From contig JAZSBL010000030.1 in assembly GCA_045602385.1 (NCBI GenBank), positions 2,902 to 66,901 on the forward strand: a DNA stretch of 64,000 nt. The letters are read 5' to 3'. A program made the translations under genes and the position numbers. Shown in pieces: positions 1 to 8,256 of the stretch. Position 1 is the stretch's first letter. Each line of letters starts with the position of its first letter. The notes below the pieces were generated by a model. The model ran no database searches, was not told the origin of the DNA, and saw nothing but the letters and a program-made list of their open reading frames with translations. This stretch comes from Eubacteriales bacterium. Its GTDB lineage: Bacteria; Bacillota; Clostridia; Oscillospirales; CAG-272.

Positions 1-59
1 ACAATATAGAATATCAGGAAATCTACAACTCTCAGATCTCCGGAAAGGATGGCAAGTAA
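1..59 (+). CDS. 3' end of an upstream ABC exporter subunit (partial, runs off window start)
   Basis: Frame 3 reads ...NIEYQEIYNSQISGKDGK* with TAA at 57-59 and overlaps the ATG at 49. This tail resembles ABC exporter C-termini, and paired half-transporter genes commonly overlap this way. Confidence 0.45.
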   Translation, partial: NIEYQEIYNSQISGKDGK

Positions 60-2067
60 TATGGCACGTTCACTTTCCGAGCTTCAAAAGCAATATAACA
101 GCTCATCAAAGCCCGGCGGCCCCGGTGCGGGCAGAGGTCCCGGTATGGGCGGCGGTCACCGTGGCAGAGGCCCCGCAGGTATGGGCGGAAAGCCCAAGGA
201 CCTTAAAAAGGCAGTAGGCAGACTTCTCTCCTACGTGGGCAAATATAAGGTTCTCCTTGTTGTAGTTTTCATTTTTATGATGCTAAACACGGTAACCTCT
301 CTTGTCGGCGGATACCTTACAAGACCTATCGTTAACCGACTTACCGAATACGTCGGTCTTGAAGTCGATTCCGAAAGCCTTTCAAGCCCGATATATCAGG
401 CTCTTGATGGCGCCATCGTGTCGCTCAAGGACGGCGCGGTCGATCTCATAGGATCAATGGTGGGTGACGGCTTCAATCCCACAGCAACGGCGGTTATGTT
501 CTATATCGCATCGGCTCTGATAATTCTCGTCAGCATTTATCTTTTCACTATTCTCACGACCTATCTTCAGTCGAGAATAATGCTGACTATTTCACAGAAC
601 GCTATTGAAAAGATAAGAAATGACCTTTTCACCAAGCTCCAGAAGCTTCCCGTGCGCTACTTTGACACTCACCCGACGGGCGAGATAATGTCGCGCTTCA
701 CAAATGACGTTGATAATATCGACGTTATGTTCAACAACTCGCTTACAAGCATTGTTTCGGGCGTTATATCCCTTGTGGGTACGTTCGTATTCATGGTCAC
801 CACGAATATCTGGCTGACTATCATCACGGTTGTATTTATTCCCTTCTTCGCTATCGGCGGCGCAAAGATCGCAAGTGCATCCCGTAAGTATTATACGGGT
901 CAGCAGGCGGCTCTCGGTGCGGCAAACGGATATATCGAAGAAACAGTTACAGGTCAGAAGGTAGTAAAGGTATTCAACCATGAGGAGACCTGCTGTGAGG
1001 AGTTTGACATCCTTAACGAGGACCTCCGCGACAAGCAGATGAAGGCGCAGTTCTACGGCGGCATCATGGGCCCGATAATGCACAACACAAGTATGATAAG
1101 CTACTCCGTGACTATCGGTGTGGGCGGAATACTCATGGCAGCGGGTAAGCTTGACCCCGGCGCGCTCCAGCTCTTTGCGCAGTACTCAAAGCAGTTCTCA
1201 ATGCCGATAAATAATATCTCCCAGCAGACCGCAACAATTTTCTCGGCTCTTGCCGGCGCGGAGCGAGTATTTGCAGTCATGGACGAATCTCCCGAGCTTG
1301 CAGACAAGGAAGAATCCATCTCCATGCCCGATATGAAGGGCGACGTTATCTTTGAGGATGTAACATTCGGCTACAATCCCGACAAGGTGATCCTTAAAAA
1401 CATCACTCTTTACGCGCATCCCGGTCAGAAGATAGCATTCGTAGGTTCTACGGGCGCGGGTAAAACTACCGTAACAAATCTTCTCTCTCGCTTCTACGAC
1501 ATTGATTCGGGTAAGATAACTATTGACGGTGTTGATATTCACGACATCAAGCGCGATTCTCTCCGCTCCAATATCGCAATGGTTCTTCAGGATACATTCC
1601 TCTTTACAGGAACGGTTATGGAGAATATCCGCTACGGCAGACCCGATGCGACTGACGAAGAGGTAATCCAGGCGGCGAAGACCGCAAGCGCGCACAGCTT
1701 TATCATGCGACTTGAAAACGGCTACGACACCCTCCTTGAGGGTAACGGTGCAAATCTCTCGCAGGGTCAGCGCCAGCTTCTCAATATTGCCCGCGCGGCA
1801 ATTTCCAAGGCTCCCATTCTCGTTCTTGACGAGGCGACAAGCTCGGTCGACACAAGAACCGAGCGCCATATCGAGCACGGACTTGCGCGCCTTATGGCAA
1901 CAAGAACGACGTTCATTATCGCGCACCGTCTTTCCACCGTCCGCAACTCAAACGCCATTATGGTGCTTGAGCAGGGCGAGATAATCGAGCGCGGAACTCA
2001 CGAGCAGCTCCTTGAAATGAAGGGACGCTACTACGAGCTTTACACGGGCAAGCGCGAGCTTGACTAA
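49..2067 (+). CDS. ABC exporter, fused permease/ATPase (MDR/MsbA-like half transporter)
   Basis: 672-aa ORF with a TM exporter domain followed by an NBD: Walker A GSTGAGKTT, signature LSQGQRQ, Walker B ILVLDEATS, H-loop IIAHRLS. It has a Gly/Arg-rich N-terminal tail. Confidence 0.9.
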   Translation: MASNMARSLSELQKQYNSSSKPGGPGAGRGPGMGGGHRGRGPAGMGGKPKDLKKAVGRLLSYVGKYKVLLVVVFIFMMLNTVTSLVGGYLTRPIVNRLTEYVGLEVDSESLSSPIYQALDGAIVSLKDGAVDLIGSMVGDGFNPTATAVMFYIASALIILVSIYLFTILTTYLQSRIMLTISQNAIEKIRNDLFTKLQKLPVRYFDTHPTGEIMSRFTNDVDNIDVMFNNSLTSIVSGVISLVGTFVFMVTTNIWLTIITVVFIPFFAIGGAKIASASRKYYTGQQAALGAANGYIEETVTGQKVVKVFNHEETCCEEFDILNEDLRDKQMKAQFYGGIMGPIMHNTSMISYSVTIGVGGILMAAGKLDPGALQLFAQYSKQFSMPINNISQQTATIFSALAGAERVFAVMDESPELADKEESISMPDMKGDVIFEDVTFGYNPDKVILKNITLYAHPGQKIAFVGSTGAGKTTVTNLLSRFYDIDSGKITIDGVDIHDIKRDSLRSNIAMVLQDTFLFTGTVMENIRYGRPDATDEEVIQAAKTASAHSFIMRLENGYDTLLEGNGANLSQGQRQLLNIARAAISKAPILVLDEATSSVDTRTERHIEHGLARLMATRTTFIIAHRLSTVRNSNAIMVLEQGEIIERGTHEQLLEMKGRYYELYTGKRELD

Positions 2068-2083
2068 AGTGTCTGATAAGCAT

Positions 2084-2125
2084 AAAAAAGGCTACCCCGA
2101 AATCAGGGGGTAGCCTTTTGTGTTT
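2084..2125. terminator. Bidirectional rho-independent terminator between convergent genes
   Basis: Stem GGCTACCCC (2090-2098) pairs with GGGGTAGCC (2107-2115). An A-run lies upstream and a T-run downstream. Confidence 0.7.
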
Positions 2126-2134
2126 CTGATCAAG

Positions 2135-3091
2135 TTAAACCGTTTTTTGAATCCATTCGGCAATATCCGAAATGACCTCTTGTCCGATATGTTGCTCTAC
2201 GCCGTACTCTTGCTTTGCGAGCATAATATTGCCGTGTACCGAGGGCACGAATGCGTGATTCAAATTGTCGTACAGACGAAATTCTACGTTATCGCGATCC
2301 GACAAAAGCTGCTTATACGCATTAAAATCCCTCTCAACCGTAGCCTGAAAGTCCTTTTCGCCCTGCATAAAGAGCATCGGCTTTTTCGTCTTGCTCAAAT
2401 ACTCGGGTGCCGAATGCTCGCCCATTTCCTTGAAATAATACAGCGTCGCTCCGCCGCCTATCCTTTTTCTTTTCGCGTCGTCGTCTGAAAGATCATACAT
2501 TCCATCAAACATTGCGGAAAATTTAGCGTGTTGCTTTTTCATTATTTTTTGCACGAGTCCCTTTGAGGATCGCACGAGATCCTCCATCTGGTCTATCATA
2601 ATTTCTTCAAGCTTGCGGGGTGAACCTGCCATCATGATAAGTCCCTTATAATTTCCGCCCTTGTCATCAATTCGTGGAGCAAGCATAGCTCCCATGCTAT
2701 GTCCGATTATGAAAATATTTTCACGGTCAATGCGCGGATCGTTTTTAAGCATTTCAGTAGCAAGGATCGCATCCTCTATGGTCTCGGTTTTTACCGTGAC
2801 ATCCTTTTCCCTCAGAAGCTTGAATGCGTGAGCGAAGGTTCTTTTATCGTATCTTACCGATGCGATCCCGCTCTCCGCAAGACCGTCTGCCAGATCCTTG
2901 AAGGGTGTAAGCTTGCCTACCTTCTCGTCCATATTGCTGGCGCCCGATCCGTGCACCAAAACGACTGCGGGCACGGGTCGCTCTGCTCCACTCGGAAGTG
3001 TCAGCATGCCCTTCAGCGGATATTTCGTATCTTTTCCTATAATTATTTTTTCTCTTATCATAACATTCACTCCCAATAAATATTCTCTCAC
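2135..3091 (-). CDS. alpha/beta-fold hydrolase (esterase/peptidase S9-like)
   Basis: 318-aa ORF with nucleophile elbow GHSMGA, VLVHGSGASN near the N-terminus and a late NHAF histidine, the typical alpha/beta hydrolase layout. Confidence 0.8.
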   Translation of the reverse strand: MREYLLGVNVMIREKIIIGKDTKYPLKGMLTLPSGAERPVPAVVLVHGSGASNMDEKVGKLTPFKDLADGLAESGIASVRYDKRTFAHAFKLLREKDVTVKTETIEDAILATEMLKNDPRIDRENIFIIGHSMGAMLAPRIDDKGGNYKGLIMMAGSPRKLEEIMIDQMEDLVRSSKGLVQKIMKKQHAKFSAMFDGMYDLSDDDAKRKRIGGGATLYYFKEMGEHSAPEYLSKTKKPMLFMQGEKDFQATVERDFNAYKQLLSDRDNVEFRLYDNLNHAFVPSVHGNIMLAKQEYGVEQHIGQEVISDIAEWIQKTV

Positions 3092-3165
3092 TTAAAACAT
3101 ATCACAAAATTAGTTACTTGTATACATACCGTTGGTTGAGTTAATTCAATTCGTCAAAAAACATC

Positions 3166-3201
3166 GGAGCAACGACAAAAAAGATCGGCTTTTACAAGCC
3201 G
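3166..3201 (-). terminator. Rho-independent terminator after the 3213-3626 gene
   Basis: AGATCGGCTT (3172-3181) pairs with AAGCCGATCT (3186-3195), flanked by A6 and T6 runs. Confidence 0.7.
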
Positions 3202-3212
3202 ATCTTTTTTAT

Positions 3213-3626
3213 TTATCTGAAGCCGTCAATGACCGTCATTATCTCCTCAAGCTCCTCCTCGGTGAATACCGATTTATCGCCGTTGGAGATAAGTGTTATG
3301 CCGGACATATTCGTTTGTCCCGGATATGAGAGCATTATAGGGCCGTGAGTCACGGTCACCCTGTCGCCCGTATCATAGGAATCAAGCATTCCGCTCTCTA
3401 TCGGATACACCCACATAAGCACGCCGTGGTCGTCCATAAGCAATGCCCCGTTTTTATCCTTGCCGAAATAGAGTCTGCCGGAGGTCTTTCCCTCCTCTAC
3501 GGCTTCGTAGGATTCCCCCGTTGATGTATTGGCACCGTCCGCAGCATTTTCAGCACATGCCGAGAGCATAAGCAAGAATGCAAGGCAGGCGGCGACCATG
3601 CAAAATATAAATGTCCTTTTTTTCAT
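3213..3626 (-). CDS. small secreted lipoprotein, unknown function
   Basis: 137 aa. The N-terminus MKKRTFIFCMVAACLAFLLMLSAC has a signal peptide and a lipobox (LSAC). Confidence 0.6.
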   Translation of the reverse strand: MKKRTFIFCMVAACLAFLLMLSACAENAADGANTSTGESYEAVEEGKTSGRLYFGKDKNGALLMDDHGVLMWVYPIESGMLDSYDTGDRVTVTHGPIMLSYPGQTNMSGITLISNGDKSVFTEEELEEIMTVIDGFR

Positions 3627-3661
3627 GTTCGTCTACCTTCCTTGCAATTCATATTTGTCTT

Positions 3662-5635
3662 TTATCTTACTCTCTCTCCAAGAGGAGTTTCGGGGTCAAG
3701 GAATACAACTCTTACGGTCTCCTCACCCGATGCGAGAATCATACCGTTGGACTCAATGCCGCAAAGCGTTGCGGGCTTGAGGTTCGCCACAACGATAATT
3801 CTCTTGCCTATAAGATCCTCGGGCTGATACCACTTGGCAATACCCGACACTACCTGTCTTTGCTCGTAGCCGAGATCGATCTTAAGCTTCAACAGCTTCT
3901 TTGCCTTCGGTACCTTCTCACATTCAAGTATCTTTGCTGTGCGAAGCTCAACGTTCATGAAATCCTCGATGCCGATAAGAGCGCAGCCCTCGGGCTTTTC
4001 GGGAATAGCATCCGCCTTGGCCTTTGCCTCTGCCGCCTTCTTCTTTGCCTCCATCTCTGCCTCAAGCTCTGCAAGCATCTTGGCCTCGTCGATTCTTGCG
4101 AACATTACGCGTGAATCACCAACCGTATTACCTGCCTTGATAGCGCCGAACTTATCTGCCGAGCTTACACTGTCGTAGCTCTGAGCATCGGTCGCGAGAA
4201 GTGTCAATACCTCCTCTGCGGTCGCGGGAATAAAGGGCTTGAGAAGCACCGCTCCAAAGCGAATAGCTTCAAGAAGATTGTAGAGAACCGTTCCGAGTCT
4301 TGCTCTCTTTGTCTCATCCTTTGCAAGCGTCCAGGGTGTTGTTTCATCAATATATTTATTTGCGCGCGAGAGCATCTCAAAGATGCATTCAAGCGCGTCC
4401 GCGATGCGGAAGCCGTCCATATTCTTGACAACTCCCTCGTATGCCTTAACGCAAGCCGCCTTAAGCTCTGCGTCGATCTCCTCTGCCTCGCAAGGCTCCT
4501 GAATGACCTTGTCAAAATACTTCTTCTGCATATCAAGCGTACGCTTAACGAGGTTTCCGAGGTTGTTTACAAGGTCTGTATTGAATCTCTTGATTACGGT
4601 TTCATAGGTGATGCTTCCGTCGTTTGCAAAGGGCATCTCGGAGAGCGCGTAGTAACGGACTCCGTCAATACCGAAACGCTGTGCAAGCTCATCAGCATAA
4701 ATTACGTTTCCGCGGGACTTGGACATCTTGTCGGTGCCGAAGTTGAACCAAGGATGACCAAATATCTGCTTCGGGAGCGGAATATCAAGCGCCATAAGGA
4801 AGATAGGCCAATAGATCGTGTGGAAGCGGAGAATATCCTTTCCGATAACGTGGACGTCCGCGGGCCAATATTTCTTGAACTTTTCGCTCTGCTGTTCAAA
4901 GGACTTGTCGGGATTGTATCCGATAGCGGTAATATAGTTGGTAAGCGCGTCAAGCCATACGTAGGTCACGTGTCTGGGATCGAAATCTACCGGAATACCC
5001 CAAGTAAAGGACGTACGCGATACGCAAAGATCCTGAAGTCCTCCCTCGACCTTCAAGAAGTTGTTTACCATCTCCTTCTTGCGGCTCTCGGGCTGAATGA
5101 AATCGGGGTTCTCCTCAATGTGCTTAAGCAACCTGTCGGCGTACTTGCTCATCTTAAAGAAGTATGCCTCCTCCTCTGCTCTCTGCACGGGTCTGCCGCA
5201 GTCGGGGCACTTGCCGCCCTCTGCCTGAGTTTCGGTAAAGAATGACTCACAGGGAGTGCAATACCAGCCCTCATACTTTCCTTTATATATATCGCCCTGC
5301 TCGTAGAACTTCTTAAATATCTTTTTTACCGCCGCCTCGTGGTAATCGTCAGTCGTGCGGATAAAGTGGTCGTAGGACACGTTCATCTTGTCCCAAAGCT
5401 CGCGGATCTCACCTGCAACGCCGTCAACGTAAGCCTTGGGTGTGATGCCCGCCTCACGCGCGAGGTCCTCTATCTTCTGTCCGTGCTCGTCCGTACCCGT
5501 GCACATGAATACGTCAAAGCCCATCTCTCTTTTATATCTTGCCATAGCGTCTGTGGCGATAGCCTCGTAGGTATTGCCAAAGTGCGGCTTCTTGGATGCG
5601 TATGCAATTGCCGTTGTAATGTAGTACTTATTCAT
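3662..5635 (-). CDS. metG: methionine--tRNA ligase
   Basis: 657 aa. Class I motifs PHFGNTYE (HIGH-type) and KMSKS are present, with a CPDCG zinc knuckle and a C-terminal Trbp111/EMAP-like tRNA-binding domain (GIESNGMILA). Confidence 0.95.
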   Translation of the reverse strand: MNKYYITTAIAYASKKPHFGNTYEAIATDAMARYKREMGFDVFMCTGTDEHGQKIEDLAREAGITPKAYVDGVAGEIRELWDKMNVSYDHFIRTTDDYHEAAVKKIFKKFYEQGDIYKGKYEGWYCTPCESFFTETQAEGGKCPDCGRPVQRAEEEAYFFKMSKYADRLLKHIEENPDFIQPESRKKEMVNNFLKVEGGLQDLCVSRTSFTWGIPVDFDPRHVTYVWLDALTNYITAIGYNPDKSFEQQSEKFKKYWPADVHVIGKDILRFHTIYWPIFLMALDIPLPKQIFGHPWFNFGTDKMSKSRGNVIYADELAQRFGIDGVRYYALSEMPFANDGSITYETVIKRFNTDLVNNLGNLVKRTLDMQKKYFDKVIQEPCEAEEIDAELKAACVKAYEGVVKNMDGFRIADALECIFEMLSRANKYIDETTPWTLAKDETKRARLGTVLYNLLEAIRFGAVLLKPFIPATAEEVLTLLATDAQSYDSVSSADKFGAIKAGNTVGDSRVMFARIDEAKMLAELEAEMEAKKKAAEAKAKADAIPEKPEGCALIGIEDFMNVELRTAKILECEKVPKAKKLLKLKIDLGYEQRQVVSGIAKWYQPEDLIGKRIIVVANLKPATLCGIESNGMILASGEETVRVVFLDPETPLGERVR

Positions 5636-5706
5636 TTTGTCACCTTACACTGCGAATGGGCAGTGCCTTTCACAATTTACCGCTTATAATGTCACGGTTA
5701 TTAATC

Positions 5707-5735
5707 ATTATACCAAATCTAAAAATATTTTACAA
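5707..5735 (-). promoter_or_regulatory. Candidate sigma-A promoter for metG
   Basis: On the minus strand: TTGTAA, 17 nt, TATAAT. The leader to the AAGGTG RBS is about 65 nt. Confidence 0.5.
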
Positions 5736-5875
5736 TAGATATTTCAAAATTTCTGCGTTATTTTTGGAAAAGCTCCTGGTTTTTTGGCTTAAAGTAAATA
5801 ATAGTAATAATTTGCAAAAATAGGTAACAATGGAAATTATTAGGGTGTGTTTGTTAATTATCTATCACAGATTCT

Positions 5876-5891
5876 TGACAATTATTTGTCA
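5876..5891. promoter_or_regulatory. Inverted repeat TGACAA-N4-TTGTCA, candidate regulator site upstream of the BMC operon
   Basis: Perfect 6-4-6 palindrome TGACAATTATTTGTCA in the 515-nt intergenic region, about 80 nt upstream of the -35 of promoter P1. Confidence 0.35.
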
Positions 5892-5970
5892 GTGGCAAAT
5901 TTTTATAAATCACCCCAAAATTCGACGGCGCGATTTAGTGCATTTTTCACAGTACTCTTAAAAAAAGCTA

Positions 5971-5999
5971 TTGCAATTTAAAGAAAAATCTGCTATAAT
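5971..5999 (+). promoter_or_regulatory. Candidate sigma-A promoter P1 (extended -10) upstream of the BMC operon
   Basis: TTGCAA (5971-5976), 17 nt, TGcTATAAT (-10 at 5994-5999). Confidence 0.5.
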
Positions 6000-6084
6000 G
6001 ATGGCGTGAAAGTGTGTCTTGCGGTGCGCTTTGCGACAAAACGGGCGTTTTTTGCGCTCTTTTGCCGAAAAACGCAGCAAATTG

Positions 6085-6112
6085 TTGACAAGACCCACCG
6101 TGCAATTATAAT
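6085..6112 (+). promoter_or_regulatory. Candidate sigma-A promoter P2 for ackA and the BMC operon
   Basis: TTGACA (6085-6090), 16 nt, TATAAT (6107-6112). A small CTGCCG/CGGCAG hairpin lies in the leader at 6117-6133. Confidence 0.55.
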
Positions 6113-6153
6113 TTATCTGCCGAAATGCGGCAGCGGAAAGGAATCATGCAAAA

Positions 6154-7347
6154 ATGAAAATTCTTGTCATTAATGCAGGAAGCAGCTCGCTTAAATATCA
6201 GCTCTTTGATATGACAACGGGCGCTGTATTGGCCAGAGGCTTGTGCGAAAAGATCGGTCTTACCGGTGCTATCACTCATAAGCGTCCCGGCAAGCCTAAC
6301 TACGCAGAGGATTATCCTATGCCCACTCACAACGAAGCTATCGCTCTCGTTCTCAAGCTTCTTACGGATCCTGAGCTCGGAGTTATCGAAAGCGTCGATG
6401 AGATCAGCGCAGTAGGTCATCGCTTTGCACACGGAGGTAAGCTCAATAAGTCTTGTTTCCTTGGCGAAGAGGAGATCAAGTATATCGAGTCTATCATTCC
6501 GATCAACCCCCTCCACGGACCACCCGCGCTCAAGGGCGTTTCGGCTTGTAAGGCAGTCCTCCCGAACGTACCCCACGTAGGCGTATTCGATACGTCCTTC
6601 TATTCCAGCTTTGACGAGAAGGCATACATTTATCCCCTTCCTTATGAGTGGTATGAGAAGTACGGCGTTCGTCGCTACGGCTTCCACGGCACGTCGCACC
6701 GCTACGTATCCGCAAAGGCTTGTGAGTTCCTCGGCCTTGACTACAACAAGACAAAGATAGTTTCCTGCCACATCGGTTCAGGTTCTTCTATAACAGCTAT
6801 CGACTGCGGAGTTGCAGTTGATACATCAATGGGCTTTACCCCCCAGGACGGTCTTCCCATGGGAACACGCTGCGGCGGTATCGACCCCTCTATCGTTGAG
6901 TACGTTTGCAAGCAGAGCGGTATGACCGTATCCGAGGTAAACGACGCGCTCAACAAGAAGTCCGGACTTCTCGGAGTTTCCGGCGTATCCAACGACATGC
7001 GTGACGTCCGCGCAGCAGCCGCAGACGGTAACGCTCGCGCACAGCTCGCGGCAGATCTTCTTACACGCTATGCTAAGAAGATAATCGGCTCTTATGTGGC
7101 AGAGATGAACGGAATCGACGTTCTTATCTTCACAGCAGGCCTTGGCGAAAACGATGAGATCGCGCGCCAGGAGATCGGCGATAACATGGAATTCTTCGGC
7201 ATCAAGATCGACAGAGACGTCAATCTCAATGCTCCCAGAGGCGAGAACCTTGTTATCAGCACTCCCGACTCCAAGGTAAAGGTCGTTATCATTCCCACCG
7301 ACGAGGAATTCATGATCGCATCCGACACATACAACCTCGTCAAATAA
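6154..7347 (+). CDS. ackA: acetate/propionate kinase, first gene of the microcompartment operon (PduW-equivalent role likely)
   Basis: 397 aa. MKILVINAGSSSLKYQLFD N-terminus, GFHGTSHRYV and IIPTDEE motifs of the acetate kinase family. The gap to the next gene is 49 nt with no terminator. Confidence 0.93.
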   Translation: MKILVINAGSSSLKYQLFDMTTGAVLARGLCEKIGLTGAITHKRPGKPNYAEDYPMPTHNEAIALVLKLLTDPELGVIESVDEISAVGHRFAHGGKLNKSCFLGEEEIKYIESIIPINPLHGPPALKGVSACKAVLPNVPHVGVFDTSFYSSFDEKAYIYPLPYEWYEKYGVRRYGFHGTSHRYVSAKACEFLGLDYNKTKIVSCHIGSGSSITAIDCGVAVDTSMGFTPQDGLPMGTRCGGIDPSIVEYVCKQSGMTVSEVNDALNKKSGLLGVSGVSNDMRDVRAAAADGNARAQLAADLLTRYAKKIIGSYVAEMNGIDVLIFTAGLGENDEIARQEIGDNMEFFGIKIDRDVNLNAPRGENLVISTPDSKVKVVIIPTDEEFMIASDTYNLVK

Positions 7348-7396
7348 TTTTGAAAAATAAAAATTAAAATACACTTTTGCGAAAGGAAAAACAAAA

Positions 7397-8218
7397 ATGG
7401 CACAGTCATCCTTTGAAATCAAAAAAGAAATCTGCGACATTGGTAAGAGAATCTACGACCACGGCTTCGTAGCTGCCAATGACGGAAACATCTCTGTAAA
7501 AGTAGGACCTAACGAGTTCTACTGCACACCTACCGGTGTATCCAAGGGTTACATGACACCCGATATGATCATCAAGGTAGACGGCAAGGGCAACAAGATC
7601 GACGGTAAGCTCAATCCCTCCTCCGAGATCAAGATGCACATGAGAGTCTTCCAGGAGCGCCCCGACGTTAACGCTGTAGTTCACGCTCATCCCCCTGTTG
7701 CAACTGCATTCACAGTTGCAGGCGTTGAGCTTGACCAGTACATACTCCCCGAGGCGATCCTTACAATAGGTAACGTTCCTACCTGCGATTACGGTATGCC
7801 CTCCACAATGGAGATCCCGGATTCGCTTATGCCCTACATCCAGAAGCACGACGCGTTCCTTCTTAAGAACCACGGTGCTCTTACAGTAGGTAACACACTT
7901 CTCAGAGCTTGCTTCACAATGGAAGAGGTTGAGTTCAATGCAAAGATCAACCTTTACGCTCGTCAGATCGGTGTCGGCGCAAACGCTCACATCGAGGAGA
8001 TCTCCTGCCACGAGCTTGAGAGACTTATGGAGCTCCGTAAGAAAATGGGTCTTCCCGGTAAGCACCCCGGATGCAAGACATGCCCCAATAAGGGTACTCC
8101 CAACTGCAAGTGCGCTGACGGTAAGTGCAGCTGCGACAGCCACGGCACACAGGCAACAGGCGAGGATGCTCTCGTTGCTGAGATCACAAGAAAAGTTCTC
8201 GCTGCTCTCGGTAGATAA
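7397..8218 (+). CDS. class II aldolase (fuculose/rhamnulose-phosphate aldolase-like) with a Cys-rich linker and a C-terminal amphipathic helix
   Basis: 273 aa. Class II aldolase/adducin motifs AANDGNIS, VVHAHPP (zinc His) and LLKNHGALTVG. An extra tail of about 55 aa contains 6 Cys and then EDALVAEITRKVLAALGR. Confidence 0.85.
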   Translation: MAQSSFEIKKEICDIGKRIYDHGFVAANDGNISVKVGPNEFYCTPTGVSKGYMTPDMIIKVDGKGNKIDGKLNPSSEIKMHMRVFQERPDVNAVVHAHPPVATAFTVAGVELDQYILPEAILTIGNVPTCDYGMPSTMEIPDSLMPYIQKHDAFLLKNHGALTVGNTLLRACFTMEEVEFNAKINLYARQIGVGANAHIEEISCHELERLMELRKKMGLPGKHPGCKTCPNKGTPNCKCADGKCSCDSHGTQATGEDALVAEITRKVLAALGR

Positions 8219-8256
8219 TTCGTTTTCACGAAATCCAAGAGAAAGGAGAACCCAAT

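Noticed and set aside
3611-5689. Multiple 80-170-aa + strand ORFs across 3529-5689
   Set aside because: All are antisense to metG, whose HIGH/KMSKS motifs and full length leave no room for them.
5636-5760. Possible T-box leader or other riboswitch upstream of metG
   Set aside because: The candidate promoter leaves only about 65 nt of leader. There is no specifier-loop/T-box (AGGGTGGTACCGCG-like) sequence and no terminator/antiterminator pair, so this is not a T-box.
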